Assembly (NCBI GenBank): GCA_964635675.1
Contig: CAZWPT010000043.1
Coordinates: forward strand, 14,963-78,962
Length of the DNA stretch: 64,000 nt
Direction: 5' to 3'
DNA from: an uncultured Nitrososphaerota archaeon
GTDB taxonomy: Archaea > Thermoproteota > EX4484-205 > JAAOZP01
Part shown: positions 1-9,856 of the stretch, piece after piece
Numbering within the stretch: the stretch's first letter is position 1
How the letters are laid out: each line of letters begins with the position of its first letter
Program-made: the position numbers and the translations under genes
Notes under the pieces: generated by a model
Database searches by the model: none
Told to the model about the DNA's origin: nothing
The model's input: the letters and a program-made list of their open reading frames with translations, nothing else

Positions 1-79
1 AGAAAAATATCCTTATCCTCGTAAAGGGCAATATGTCCACAGCGCGTGCTAATAAAGACCGGGGTTCGAAATCAATTTT

Positions 80-322
80 TCAGTGATATTCCCTTACTGC
101 CTTCCTGAGCTTTCTATAAAATTCTACGACCTCTTTCTGTCCCTTCCCTTTTTTAGGAACCACGTCCATTATGTCGCACCAAGTGTTGCCCGTATCCCAG
201 TAAATGACATTCACCGTTTCCCCTTCAGCAATCCAAGCTCTTTCTCCGTATTCCGGTACATGCTTATGATACCCTTTGCACTTTATGATTTTAGAAATGA
301 CGCCGGATTCTACTTCAGGCAT
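80..322 (-). CDS. hypothetical protein (80 aa), possibly 3'-truncated
   Basis: ORF co-oriented downstream of the EVE-nuclease; no recognisable motif; ends about 30 nt before an AGCGCGTGCT site (41-50). Confidence 0.45.
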   Translation of the reverse strand: MPEVESGVISKIIKCKGYHKHVPEYGERAWIAEGETVNVIYWDTGNTWCDIMDVVPKKGKGQKEVVEFYRKLRKAVREYH

Positions 323-380
323 CTTCCTTCATCCCTAAGGATCCCCTATACGATTGGACGTTTAAAAACGTTTTTAGAAC

Positions 381-1361
381 CTAATAGAGATTCGTCGGTT
401 CCAACCGTAAGGAACCCAATAATTCCTCATAAGCATACTCTTTTTCCTCATCCAAGTTTTTAAAATAGTATTTAACCGGCAGAATCCTCTTGGATTTACA
501 ATCAGCCATTGTCCTCTTAGAAAAGCTTTTCGCTATCAAGACTCCTCCTTTACATTCGCTTCCAAGCTCATTTATGTATGACTCGAGTTGAGCCGCTTCC
601 TGAGGGCGTGCTCCACCTGTTTTAACTTCAATCACAAGGTACAAATTGCCCCCCTCCGGATGCTTCATTTTAATGAAAATGTCTACGAACCCCTCTGGCA
701 ACGCCTTTTCCCCCAGAACCTCGAACTCACCAGGCGGGTGGCTCACTTCAAAGCGTTCCAGAATCATGCTCAGCGCCCCGTCTCTAATCTTCTTTCTAAC
801 CAAGCTCTGTAAAACAAGTTCATGGAAGCGAAACCTCTCTGAATCCTCCTTCCCTTTTCTAAACACGATCTTGGGCTGAAAAACTTCCTTAACTAGATGA
901 AGTGGCTCGTTCTCACCTTCGAAGCGAGAACCCATGTTGGAAACATTATATAGGGTTACTGTATCCGCCTGGAAATGCGTCTTCCTATATCCTCCTCTTA
1001 AAAGCAGGTTTTCAGCAACATATGCGAATTCAGGCCTCACCATAGGCTCGTTTAAAACCCTCTCCTGCTCAAGATGTAGCCTGAAGGGAAAGTAATAGGT
1101 TTTGCCCGACATCTTGAACGTGACAGGAGGCCACGGGGGAAGCCTGTCCGCATTCTTGAAAGCCTCTTTCCTTAAGACCCTGTAAAGATTATACACTCTT
1201 GCGCCATAAAGGAAAGACATGAAATCCCCCTCATCGATGTCTAAGAATGTCCAGAGCCCGTTGATGCTGTTTGTGAAACCGGCTAAAGCATGCTTTTCGC
1301 ACAGTTCAAGGTTTTCGCGAGTGGACACGGAGACTAGAAAATACTCTGGTGTCTTATTCAT
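381..1361 (-). CDS. EVE/PUA-like domain fused to PD-(D/E)XK nuclease (putative modification-dependent endonuclease)
   Basis: N-term '[15 protein letters not shown]...[11 protein letters not shown]' is EVE-like; C-term '[10 protein letters not shown]...LVIEVK...QLESY' matches NucS/Mrr-like PD-(D/E)XK motifs. Confidence 0.65.
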   Translation of the reverse strand: MNKTPEYFLVSVSTRENLELCEKHALAGFTNSINGLWTFLDIDEGDFMSFLYGARVYNLYRVLRKEAFKNADRLPPWPPVTFKMSGKTYYFPFRLHLEQERVLNEPMVRPEFAYVAENLLLRGGYRKTHFQADTVTLYNVSNMGSRFEGENEPLHLVKEVFQPKIVFRKGKEDSERFRFHELVLQSLVRKKIRDGALSMILERFEVSHPPGEFEVLGEKALPEGFVDIFIKMKHPEGGNLYLVIEVKTGGARPQEAAQLESYINELGSECKGGVLIAKSFSKRTMADCKSKRILPVKYYFKNLDEEKEYAYEELLGSLRLEPTNLY

Positions 1362-1575
1362 CGGTTTGATAGGTTAGTAAAAGTATTCAGTATTCATAAA
1401 CTTATTGGACAGGTTGAAGGTAGCTCCCCCTAGTGCCTTAGCGCGTGCTAAGAGGCTTAAGAACAGCGCGCGATTGTCTTATGTCTCATGGGCGGTGCAT
1501 AACACGCGTATACTTAATTTTCATCGAGAAATCCATATAACTAGCGTACGCGCGCGTCGGGAAGCTTGCGATGCT

Positions 1576-1648
1576 TGATAAAGACTTTCTTTATCACCGA
1601 ACCTAATGACTTGTGTAACAATCAGAAAGATTTTTAAAGGTTGTTACA
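1576..1648 (+). promoter_or_regulatory. inverted repeats upstream of AbiEi-like gene (probable autoregulatory operators)
   Basis: TGATAAAGA-ctt-TCTTTATCA (1576-1596) and TGTAACAA...TTGTTACA (1614-1648) flanking a TTTTAAA TATA-like box. Confidence 0.55.
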
Positions 1649-1660
1649 TGAATAACTATC

Positions 1661-2290
1661 ATGAGAATTGTAACGAAGTTCCTTTTATCGAAGTTCGGAG
1701 GCAGCGTTATTACTAGAGAAGAGATGGAGAAAAACTGTAAAAGGTTCCGGGTGAACCATGTTAATACGATTAATTTTATGATATCCTATGGGTATTTCAT
1801 CAGGATCCTGAGAGGCCTATATTATGTGAAGACTATTGAGGAGTTCAAGCTCAAGAAATCCGTGGACCCTTACAGGGTTATCTCTCTAGGGTTGAACAGG
1901 CTTGGGCTTAACTGGTACTTCGGGCTCTACACTGCGCTCAGGCTTAATGGCCTTACTCACGAGTTTTTTAGGACGATCTTCGTAGTGAATAATGAAATCT
2001 ATCGGCCTAAGGAAATAGAGATAGCCGGTGAAAAGGTGAAGTTTCTCAAGCTTAAGAGCAGGCTTCTCAGCCTAGGGGTGGTAGATAGAGACGGCATTAG
2101 GTTCTCCGACGCGGAGAAGACTCTCCTGGATTTTGCTTACGTTTTTAGATACCGTGGTTTACCGGAGGAGAAAATAATTTCAACAATACGCCACTATGCG
2201 AGGAACCTGGATAGAAGGAAAATCGAAACGTATCTGAAACTGTATCCAAAGAGCGTTGAAAGGGTTATCAGGAATGCCCGGCTCATCTGA
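1661..2290 (+). CDS. AbiEi-like type IV toxin-antitoxin antitoxin / transcriptional regulator
   Basis: wHTH 'GYFIRILRGLYYV', 'WYFGLYTAL..NGLT' and 'SDAEKTLLD' motifs. Confidence 0.7.
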   Translation: MRIVTKFLLSKFGGSVITREEMEKNCKRFRVNHVNTINFMISYGYFIRILRGLYYVKTIEEFKLKKSVDPYRVISLGLNRLGLNWYFGLYTALRLNGLTHEFFRTIFVVNNEIYRPKEIEIAGEKVKFLKLKSRLLSLGVVDRDGIRFSDAEKTLLDFAYVFRYRGLPEEKIISTIRHYARNLDRRKIETYLKLYPKSVERVIRNARLI

Positions 2291-2395
2291 GTTTGTTTCA
2301 TTCATCGTTGAAAAATCAGGCTTCATTAAAGAGATTTTGAAGATTTCCTCAAAGTTGTTGGAGAAAAGCTAAGGGAAATAGCAAACAATGTTTGA
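2274..2395 (+). pseudogene. remnant of cognate AbiEii-like toxin (N- and C-termini joined, middle deleted)
   Basis: ATG overlaps the antitoxin end (MPGSSEFVSFIVEKSG); a different frame gives a C-terminus-like 'DFEDFLKVVGEKLREIANNV*'. Confidence 0.45.
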
Positions 2396-2589
2396 AGCAT
2401 GTTTTTCCTGGTTTTGTAGTGAGGATGATCATTCCTAGCAGTATTCTGAATGGCCCTTCAGCCAGCGAGATGCCAAGAACCATTTCTCCGTTATTCTGGG
2501 CTCGTTTCGAATGGCACCAGCCTTATTGCGCACACAAGCTTCTTGAGGCTCAAGCTTTTTATATCTTGGAAGCTAATGGAAATAGGCCT

Positions 2590-3009
2590 ATGAGCGTTTG
2601 GGTTGCAACCGGGTCTTCGCTTAACCTGAAGACTTCTCTCGAGAAAGGGAAGTGGGGTGTTAACAAGAGGCTTAAGAACACTTGGGAAAAGGTTGCTAAC
2701 AGAGACCTGCTTTTCTTCTACGTTACGAGCCCTGTCCGCGGCATTGTCGGTATCGCTAATGTCGAGGGCAAAGCCATAGAGGAGAGTATTCTCTGGCGCG
2801 ACGAGGCTGTTGTCGGCAGAGTCCTCTACCCTTACAGGATATTGTTCAAGCCACTGTTCGTGTTGAGCGAGGATAAGTGGGAGACAGGTAAGATCCCTGT
2901 CAAGGATCTTAACGTGAGCGTTAGAGCAGGCTTGAACAGTCTGAGGAACCAGGATACTGTGGAGAAGCTGCTGAACAGAGTTAGAAACTCGTGGGGCGTT
3001 AAGATTTAA
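2590..3009 (+). CDS. EVE domain-containing protein
   Basis: 'KWGVNKR...DLLFFYVTSPVRGIVGIA.V...LW...YPYRI' is typical EVE/UPF0310; ATG at 2590 follows a TATA-like tttatat. Confidence 0.8.
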   Translation: MSVWVATGSSLNLKTSLEKGKWGVNKRLKNTWEKVANRDLLFFYVTSPVRGIVGIANVEGKAIEESILWRDEAVVGRVLYPYRILFKPLFVLSEDKWETGKIPVKDLNVSVRAGLNSLRNQDTVEKLLNRVRNSWGVKI

Positions 3010-3214
3010 GAGAATATTGCGCTAAACGGCTTAGAACAGTATGCCTGTGTTCAGCGCGCGCTTAAGCTATGAGGCTAAACCATTCCTCAGGCTAGAGGCC
3101 GGTTGGGGTGACTCAGCGTGCGCTTTTCCCAAGGAGGGTTACGCATGAAGAGTTAAACTCATTAGTTGATAAGGCTGCTGCAGACTGCAAGTTCATCCTT
3201 GTCCTGCTCTTCCT

Positions 3215-3460
3215 TAAAAGTCTTGAAATTTTTCTTGAATGGTTATTTTTTGAATTAACCTGCTTAAACCCTGCAAGATTTCATTTGGCTGATGCAGCGC
3301 CCGGATTAAAAAGAGAGTTAGTATGTTCACTAAAAATGCCTCTTCCACCTTTTCTGAACAACGAGAAATCGCTGACATCCTTTCAGCCGTTGATGAAAAG
3401 CTCGAAATTGAAAGAGGTGGAAAAGCAAAATTGGAGAGAATCAAGCATGGCTTAATGGGT
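3215..3460 (+). pseudogene. hsdS: type I RM specificity subunit C-terminal fragment
   Basis: 'LKMPLPP(fs)SEQREIADILSAVDEKLEIERGGKAKLERIKHGLM' is the conserved HsdS helical region; truncated at GCGCGCG 3461-3467. Confidence 0.75.
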
Positions 3461-3534
3461 GCGCGCGTTGTTTTCATGAAGACGGAGGTTTGTTTGTTGC
3501 CGCATATCAATGGGTTTGATGCGATATTCTATCT

Positions 3535-4073
3535 AGAATAAAGTATCCTAAACTGTTTTTGCTCGCTTCGAGCTACGTGATAGCACACTTCTTATTTGGC
3601 GGCAGATCCTATGCTCCTCTACACAATACTTTGGTTTTGCTAGGATATTTTGGAACTTTTCTAGCAGGATTTTTTTATGCTTACGCATTTACTGCAGCAC
3701 CGGCCGCCGCTGTGCTACTAATACTTGCGAAGGAGCAAAACCTGTATTTGGCAGGATTTATTGCAGGTCTTGGCGCTTTGTTGGGCGATTTAGTTATCTT
3801 TCATTTTATAAGACATAGATTTAGTGACGAAGTGCAAAAACTCTCAGGGGAAAAATCTTTCTGTACGCTCAGAAAAAGATACCTGGTTCTCTTCGAAAAT
3901 ATCTGCTGGCGTCCTTATCAGGGTTTCTTATTGCTTCCCCTCTTCCCACTGAAATTGGTGTTGCATTGATGGCTTCACTGAAAAGCATATCGGCGAGAAG
4001 ATTTTCCGTTGTAGCATACTTCTTACACACCAGTGCAATTTTCATAATCCTTCTAATTGGCAGTATCATTTAA
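3535..4073 (+). pseudogene. multi-pass membrane protein, frameshifted near 3860 and lacking a clean start
   Basis: hydrophobic frame continues after a shift ('...GFLIASPLPTEIGVALM...IILLIGSII*'). Confidence 0.55.
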
Positions 4074-4792
4074 CACCATGCTTAGAACCTGCTTTTAGTG
4101 GCCCCAGAGGGCTTTGAAAGCTCTTCGTCAACCTATGGGAAACGCGGTGATGCTGAGTTTCTCGTTTCTACAAAAATTCCGAGAATTTAAACGAGTTTTA
4201 AACCTATTCCACAAGCCCCCAATAGAAACTACTTTTCCTCTGTTTTGCTTGTTTTAATGCTCTTCTCAGCAACATTTCTATACGAGGCCGATAGTTGGCT
4301 GCAAGTGTCACCTGTTTCCGCTTTCTAGCGCGCTAAAGCAAGAACGACGACACTCCAAGCTGTTCAAGTAGTTTCAGGTGAACAAAAAGAACTTTTCGGT
4401 TAAGTCGATTTGCCACATCATTTCTCTCGGATTTAAGAGAAAATCGCGCGCGCTAATTTCAGAAGCTTTGGAATTCTTTCGTATGGAAACATTATCGGAT
4501 TGTCTCCTATGAGGATGAAAGCTTTCTTCTGACTGAGATCGCTGGCGAAAACTTGCTCAATAAAATTACCGTGCTCCCTATCTATCCCCGAAGCCGCTAT
4601 GAGTCCAATATCGTTAAAGCCGTCCACTAGGAAATCGCGCGCTACCCTGATTCTGCCTATCTTTTCCTCAAAATCCGATTTCTGGTTTAAGAGTGGTCTT
4701 TTAACCATATTGCGGGCTTTCAGACGCTAATATCATATTTTCTCTATGACTGAGAAAATTTTATAAACAATTGTCTCAACAACTATTACATT

Positions 4793-6073
4793 ATGAAAGA
4801 AGCAAGGGTGAGAAGCTACATCGAAGACTGGTACACGAAAAATCTCCCACCCCTAGTGGAAAGAGAGCTCTCCGTAAAGCCGGTAAAAGACAAGGTTATT
4901 TCAATAGCAGGGCCTCGGAGGGCGGGTAAAACCTTCTATTTCTACCAGCTGATGAGGGGGAATAAGGAAAGCTGTCTCTACCTAGATTTTGAAGACTCCG
5001 CTTTGATAGACGTTAAGTTTGATGAGGTGCTGGATGTGATAAACCTCTTCACCGAAACAACTGGCAGGGTTCCAACGGATATCTTTCTAGACGAGGTTCA
5101 AAGGGTAGAGAAATGGGAAACCATAGTAAGAACCCTCTTGAATAGAGGGGGTTATAGAATTTTTGCTACGGGCTCCTCCTCCAAGCTCTTAAGCAGGGAA
5201 GTGGCTACTCAACTGAGGGGGAGGTCTTTAACCTATCTTCTGTTCGGCTTTTCGTTCAGAGAATTTCTAAAAGCCAAAGGAGTTGAGTTGGAGGAAGTCC
5301 TAAGCGGGCTGGAGAAAGCAAAAATAAGGAACTTGTTGAGAGAATTCCTTGAATTCGGCAGCTTTCCGGAAATCGTGTTGAAGGAGGATAAGGAGAAGAT
5401 TTTGAAGGAGTATCAGGACACGATTTTCTTTAAAGACTTTGTGGAAAGACATGAACTTAAAAGCCTTGAAGTGGCAAAGTTCGTTTTTTCTCAAGTACTT
5501 CAAAGTTTCTCGCACGAGTTTAGCGTAAATAGGCTTGTAAACCTGCTTAAGTCGAACAGTATAAGAATGGGGAAAAACACCGTCTACGATTACGTTGAAA
5601 AATTGCAGGATACGCTGGCCGTTTTCTTTGTTAAAAAATACTCGGAAAAAATCTCTCTGAGGGAATCTTGGCCCAAGAAGGTTTACATATGCGATACGGG
5701 GATTTCAAAGGCAGTCCGGTTTTCAGAGGATTTTGGAAGGCTGATGGAGAACATTGTATTTATAGAAGAGATGAGGAAGATAAATGATAATCCTTTGCTT
5801 GAAATCTTTTACTGGAAGGATCGTCAACAAAATGAGGTGGATTTCGTCTTGAAGGAGGGTCAAAAAATTAAACAACTCATCCAGGTTACTTATGCCAATG
5901 GTAGAGATGAAATCGAGAGACGCGAGATAAGGGCGTTGCTTAAGGCCGGTGTAGAACTCAGATGCAAAGATTTACTCGTAGTAACTTGGGGTTATGATGA
6001 TGAATTAGAAATTGAAAATGAAAAAATTAAATTCACTCCACTATGGAAGTGGTTGATTACGCGCAGAGAATAA
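4793..6073 (+). CDS. AAA+ ATPase (COG1373; AAA_14 + DUF4143)
   Basis: Walker A GPRRAGKT, Walker B FLDEVQ, ATGSS, 'PKKVYICDTG', 'EVDFV', C-term 'PLWKWL'. Confidence 0.9.
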   Translation: MKEARVRSYIEDWYTKNLPPLVERELSVKPVKDKVISIAGPRRAGKTFYFYQLMRGNKESCLYLDFEDSALIDVKFDEVLDVINLFTETTGRVPTDIFLDEVQRVEKWETIVRTLLNRGGYRIFATGSSSKLLSREVATQLRGRSLTYLLFGFSFREFLKAKGVELEEVLSGLEKAKIRNLLREFLEFGSFPEIVLKEDKEKILKEYQDTIFFKDFVERHELKSLEVAKFVFSQVLQSFSHEFSVNRLVNLLKSNSIRMGKNTVYDYVEKLQDTLAVFFVKKYSEKISLRESWPKKVYICDTGISKAVRFSEDFGRLMENIVFIEEMRKINDNPLLEIFYWKDRQQNEVDFVLKEGQKIKQLIQVTYANGRDEIERREIRALLKAGVELRCKDLLVVTWGYDDELEIENEKIKFTPLWKWLITRRE

Positions 6074-6212
6074 AAAGCACGCGCTTCATCGGAAGCTGGT
6101 TCAAATAGTATTCTATACTTGCCCACCCTTATCCGCTAATGTTTCATTCTCCCCCACAGTCTAATGTTAGCCTTTTCGAAAAACCTTCACCTTGAAGAAT
6201 AGCCGCAACATT

Positions 6213-7298
6213 TCAAGCTAAACCGTACTTCTCAGACATTTTTCCAAGGAGGATTTCAACTGTTTCAAGGCTTGATGTTGAAGTTTGAATGAAAACGCCT
6301 TTAGGCGATATTTGGCTTAAAACAGGTATTATTTTAGATATTGGGATCCCGGGTATTTGAAGAAGCTTCCCAGCCTCCTGTATTTTCCTATACAGTGGAA
6401 CCCAGCAGCTTTCACCCGGATCCGGGTTTCCGGCTCCAGGGACCCATTGTACACCGTTGAGCTCGCTTATGCTTAGAAGCCTGTCAAGGTGGGGGAGTTC
6501 AAGAGGCCCGTCTAAATGCCAGAAGCTCCTTTCGAAGAATCTGCATTCTTCCTCCACCAGTGGGAGTATGAATTCGTTGAATAGTTTAGGTGAAAGGTAT
6601 ACGCTGAAGTCGCATTGAAGTATGAATGACTTGCGTTTGCTCCATAGTGTAGCCCAATTCGAAAAACCGTAAACATCCGTAGCTATGATGTCTGAGATTC
6701 TTTCAAAACAGTGGAACCAGATTTGATGCAAACGGTTTAAAACCATCTTAATTTTAGACGGCTCGTAGAACATGTCTTTAACCAGTTTTAAGGCACCGCC
6801 TCTAAGGTGGGCTAGACTGGTGGCCACGTCTAAAAGGTCTGTGAAGGCGACTATTGCCTTGTCTCTGCACATGGTTGAAGCCTTCTCGGTGCATTCGATT
6901 ACGTAACGCCACCATTTATTCCCCGGGTTCAATTCGGCGTTTAAAAGGTCGTCTAGGGAGAATGAGCCTTTAAACCAGGAGGTTCCTGACTCGGGTTTGA
7001 AATCTACATCAGAGCCTAGGAAGGCCGATAGAGCACCAGGCCCGATGTTTACCCACACGTTCGGATAGGCTTCACACATGAATAATGTTTTGGAGAAGTA
7101 TTCGAACATAGCGGTTAAAGCCTCCTCTGGAGGAAACCTCATAAAAGCCCAGCTTAAGGTTAAATAGTAATCGTTAATATCTACATTAGGCGGTATGTAC
7201 GTTAAATATATTAATGGTCTACTTAGCTCACCCTCCCACCAAGCCTTGTATGTCTCAGAAACCCTTTCCCAATCCTCCTTATAGAGTAGAGTTTTCAA
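6213..7298 (-). CDS. uroporphyrinogen decarboxylase / cobalamin-methyltransferase-like (URO-D/CIMS-like) protein
   Basis: 'LQCDFSVYLSP..F.EFILP', 'WHLDGP', 'VQWVPGAG' motifs; TTG start inferred. Confidence 0.7.
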   Translation of the reverse strand: MKTLLYKEDWERVSETYKAWWEGELSRPLIYLTYIPPNVDINDYYLTLSWAFMRFPPEEALTAMFEYFSKTLFMCEAYPNVWVNIGPGALSAFLGSDVDFKPESGTSWFKGSFSLDDLLNAELNPGNKWWRYVIECTEKASTMCRDKAIVAFTDLLDVATSLAHLRGGALKLVKDMFYEPSKIKMVLNRLHQIWFHCFERISDIIATDVYGFSNWATLWSKRKSFILQCDFSVYLSPKLFNEFILPLVEEECRFFERSFWHLDGPLELPHLDRLLSISELNGVQWVPGAGNPDPGESCWVPLYRKIQEAGKLLQIPGIPISKIIPVLSQISPKGVFIQTSTSSLETVEILLGKMSEKYGLA

Positions 7299-7559
7299 AT
7301 TACTACCGCTTAGCGTGCACTGGTTATTTAAAAAGCTTAGCCGAGCGCGCGAGATTCTCCAAAATTTTCCCGGATAGATTACGCGCACGTATAAATATTA
7401 GCCTAACACCTTCATCAAGGGAAACATGCCGCCTCAAACCGAGCACCGTACATTCTACCTAGAATTAACTAATTCTAAACTATTGGGGCGCACCGCCAAC
7501 CTGTTTTAACCAGTTTAAAAAGTGAAACTATTTTCCGCACTACTTTGATGTAAAGACTG

Positions 7560-8873
7560 TTAGGATAGTAGCTGTTTAAGCTCTAGGATTTCTATGCCTT
7601 CTATTTCACCCATGTCTTTCTCGGGCACTATGAAGCATCTTTGGAAGTTTGTGAGGTTTAGTTTTTCCGCAAGGACGGATGTTTTCCCCTTGAACTTTAT
7701 TGCATCAGACCGATCTATTTTCCCCGTTTTACATTCGAAGAAAATCGTTTTTCCTTCACCGATAGCTATTGCGTCTACTTCATTCCCCTCTCTGTCCCAG
7801 TATGATCCGATTTTATATTCGTGAAGTTTCTTTGAAAGAACGGATAGACATATTTTTTCAAAAACCCTGCCTACGTATTGTTGTAACCCCTCAATTATGC
7901 GTTTCAAGACGTATTCTTCCTGCCTTAACTCTATAAACGGAACGTTTGGACGGATAAACCTCATGTAGAAATGGAGGAAGTTATCCCTGAACTTGTACCT
8001 CGGTATCCCCCTTCCTATTACGCTTGCTTCGCGCTCTATCAGGGTTAATTTCTCGAGGATGAGCAAATACTTCTTCAATTGATTCCTCTCTAAGCCGGTG
8101 TAATCCGATATCTCTTTTAGGGTTGTCTTCCCCATGCTTACCGCCTCGAGTATCTCAAGGTACCTCGAAGAATCCCTTAACTCAGTTGACAATAGCCTTT
8201 CAACCTCCTCGTATAGAGGCGCTCCCGGGCTCAGGAACATGTTCCTGATGTTTTCCTCCACCGCCTTGGTTCTTTCATACAACATTAGGTAGTGCGGAGT
8301 CCCTCCCCAAATGGAATATATCTTTATGATTTCTTCCTCCCCCTTCTCGCTGAACATTTCCCTCACGGTTTCATAGTCGAATCCGTTTAATCTGATTACC
8401 CTCGTCGCCCGCCCGTAGAGCGGGCCAGTGTAGCTGATGTCTCTCTCTATCATCCCGATCGTTGAACCGAGCAGCATGAGTTTAACCCGGCTTTTCCTCG
8501 CGCTCGCATCCCAATGATACTGTATTCTGGGCGAGAGCTTCTTCGAAATCCTTTGGTACTCATCTAAAACCAAAATTTTGTTCCCTCTACCAAATTCCAA
8601 GAAGACGTACTCCAAGAAATCGTCTAGGGAGGTGAAAGTCCTGCCCATGGCCCTTGAGGCGTTCGTCAGGAATTCCCTAATGCTTGAGCTCCCGACGTAG
8701 ATGTAGGCGCCGGGATGTTGCTCAAGGAGCTTTTTCGAGAGCACGGTCTTCCCTATCCTCCTCCGACCGTAAAGGATGATTAGCTCGGCCCTCCTCGAGG
8801 AAACTGCCTCCTCTAAGGCTGAGAGCTCTGCCTTCCTATCGTAAAATGGTATACTCACGGGTATTATACTCAT
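7560..8873 (-). CDS. archaeal ATPase (ATPase_2 + HTH + DUF234; COG1672)
   Basis: 'FYDRKAEL', GRRRIGKT, LDEYQ, 'WGGTPHYL', 'EVDAI...FECK'. Confidence 0.9.
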   Translation of the reverse strand: MSIIPVSIPFYDRKAELSALEEAVSSRRAELIILYGRRRIGKTVLSKKLLEQHPGAYIYVGSSSIREFLTNASRAMGRTFTSLDDFLEYVFLEFGRGNKILVLDEYQRISKKLSPRIQYHWDASARKSRVKLMLLGSTIGMIERDISYTGPLYGRATRVIRLNGFDYETVREMFSEKGEEEIIKIYSIWGGTPHYLMLYERTKAVEENIRNMFLSPGAPLYEEVERLLSTELRDSSRYLEILEAVSMGKTTLKEISDYTGLERNQLKKYLLILEKLTLIEREASVIGRGIPRYKFRDNFLHFYMRFIRPNVPFIELRQEEYVLKRIIEGLQQYVGRVFEKICLSVLSKKLHEYKIGSYWDREGNEVDAIAIGEGKTIFFECKTGKIDRSDAIKFKGKTSVLAEKLNLTNFQRCFIVPEKDMGEIEGIEILELKQLLS

Positions 8874-8880
8874 GAGTATA
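8851..8880. promoter_or_regulatory. tandem palindromic operator-like sites over the ATPase start codon
   Basis: TATACTCATGAGTATA (8865-8880, perfect) plus ATACTCACGGGTAT (8851-8864). Confidence 0.55.
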
Positions 8881-9122
8881 CTCTATATAAACTTTTAGAA
8901 AAACTGAAAGCAACGTAGACGCTGGTTCTTAAGCCTGAAACCTCCAATAATAATGGAGAATAGGCAGGAGGGCCTACTTGATCATGATGTACTTATCTCG
9001 GATGTGCCGGAAGCCTTCTCCGAGGATGAGGAAAAACGAATTAAGGCGGAGGTTGAAAAATACTCTTACAGCAGACCCTAGGGAGAAACATTTTCAGTAT
9101 TCGTTTACAATTCTTGCAGAGC

Positions 9123-9262
9123 GCTTCAGCCGGTTTCACGAACAGCATAAAAGGATTATGGAGTTTCCTAGATATCGATGTGGGCGACTTCATATCCTTC
9201 CTCTACGGTGCAATAGTCCACAATCTTTACAGGGTTGCTGGGAAGAGGCCTTAAAGGATGCA
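9123..9262 (+). pseudogene. fragment paralogous to the N-terminus of the 381-1361 EVE-nuclease
   Basis: translates '[37 protein letters not shown]' vs '[37 protein letters not shown]'; bounded by AGCGCT (9120) and GCGCGCT (9264). Confidence 0.85.
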
Positions 9263-9370
9263 TGCGCGCTACAAACTTTTTGTTTTATAGAAACGGTTTT
9301 CCCGGGGGAAAGTAGGAATGATAGAGTATGCTTAAACTTTTCTACGCCCGTTTAAAATATTTAATTTTAC

Positions 9371-9856
9371 TTAGGCATTTTTCTGATGCAGTGTTTTTGT
9401 CTTCCTGAGCTTTACTTGCAGTATCCCGTTAACATACTTCTCGTCTTCCAGTGTTAGGCCCCTTGGCACCCGTATCCGTTTTAAAAAGTTTCCCCCTCCC
9501 TTCACCTCCAACATGCCCCCGACAATTTTCACTTTCACCTCTTCAGCTGGACCGGGCACCTTCGCCGCAAAGGTTATTTTTTCATCCTCCTCGATAAGGT
9601 CGTAGAACCATTCGTATTCCTCTGAAGACTGGGCTTTATACCCCTCAAAAATCCTTTTGGCCTCAACCAACCAGAATATTAAAGCCACAGCCGCAATGGT
9701 TCCGATGATAACGCCCAATACTCCTCCTTTCAGTTTAAAGAGCACTATTAGGAGTATGACTGCAACAGCTATGCCTACAATCGTCAGCACGCTTCTCAGA
9801 AGCTCGTCCGGCTTTTCTCCTCCCTGCTTCAAGGCCACATCCCTATTCGAGCTCAA
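9371..9856 (-). CDS. membrane-anchored Hsp20/alpha-crystallin-like protein
   Basis: two N-terminal TM helices; C-term 'AKVPG...YVNGILQVKL' ACD motif; overlaps the UPF0182 gene. Confidence 0.7.
   Translation of the reverse strand: MSSNRDVALKQGGEKPDELLRSVLTIVGIAVAVILLIVLFKLKGGVLGVIIGTIAAVALIFWLVEAKRIFEGYKAQSSEEYEWFYDLIEEDEKITFAAKVPGPAEEVKVKIVGGMLEVKGGGNFLKRIRVPRGLTLEDEKYVNGILQVKLRKTKTLHQKNA

Noticed and set aside
2392-2589. N-terminal extensions of ORF-track calls (also 7299-7388, 18800-18919, 51255-51332, 52513-52911)
   Set aside because: No domain similarity; downstream starts fit family length and promoter position.
4096-4125. tRNA-3'-end-like sequence (GTGGCCCCAGAGGGCTTTGAA) as an att site
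   Set aside because: Too degenerate, does not match the tRNA-Glu 3' end at 46102, and no integrase is in the window.
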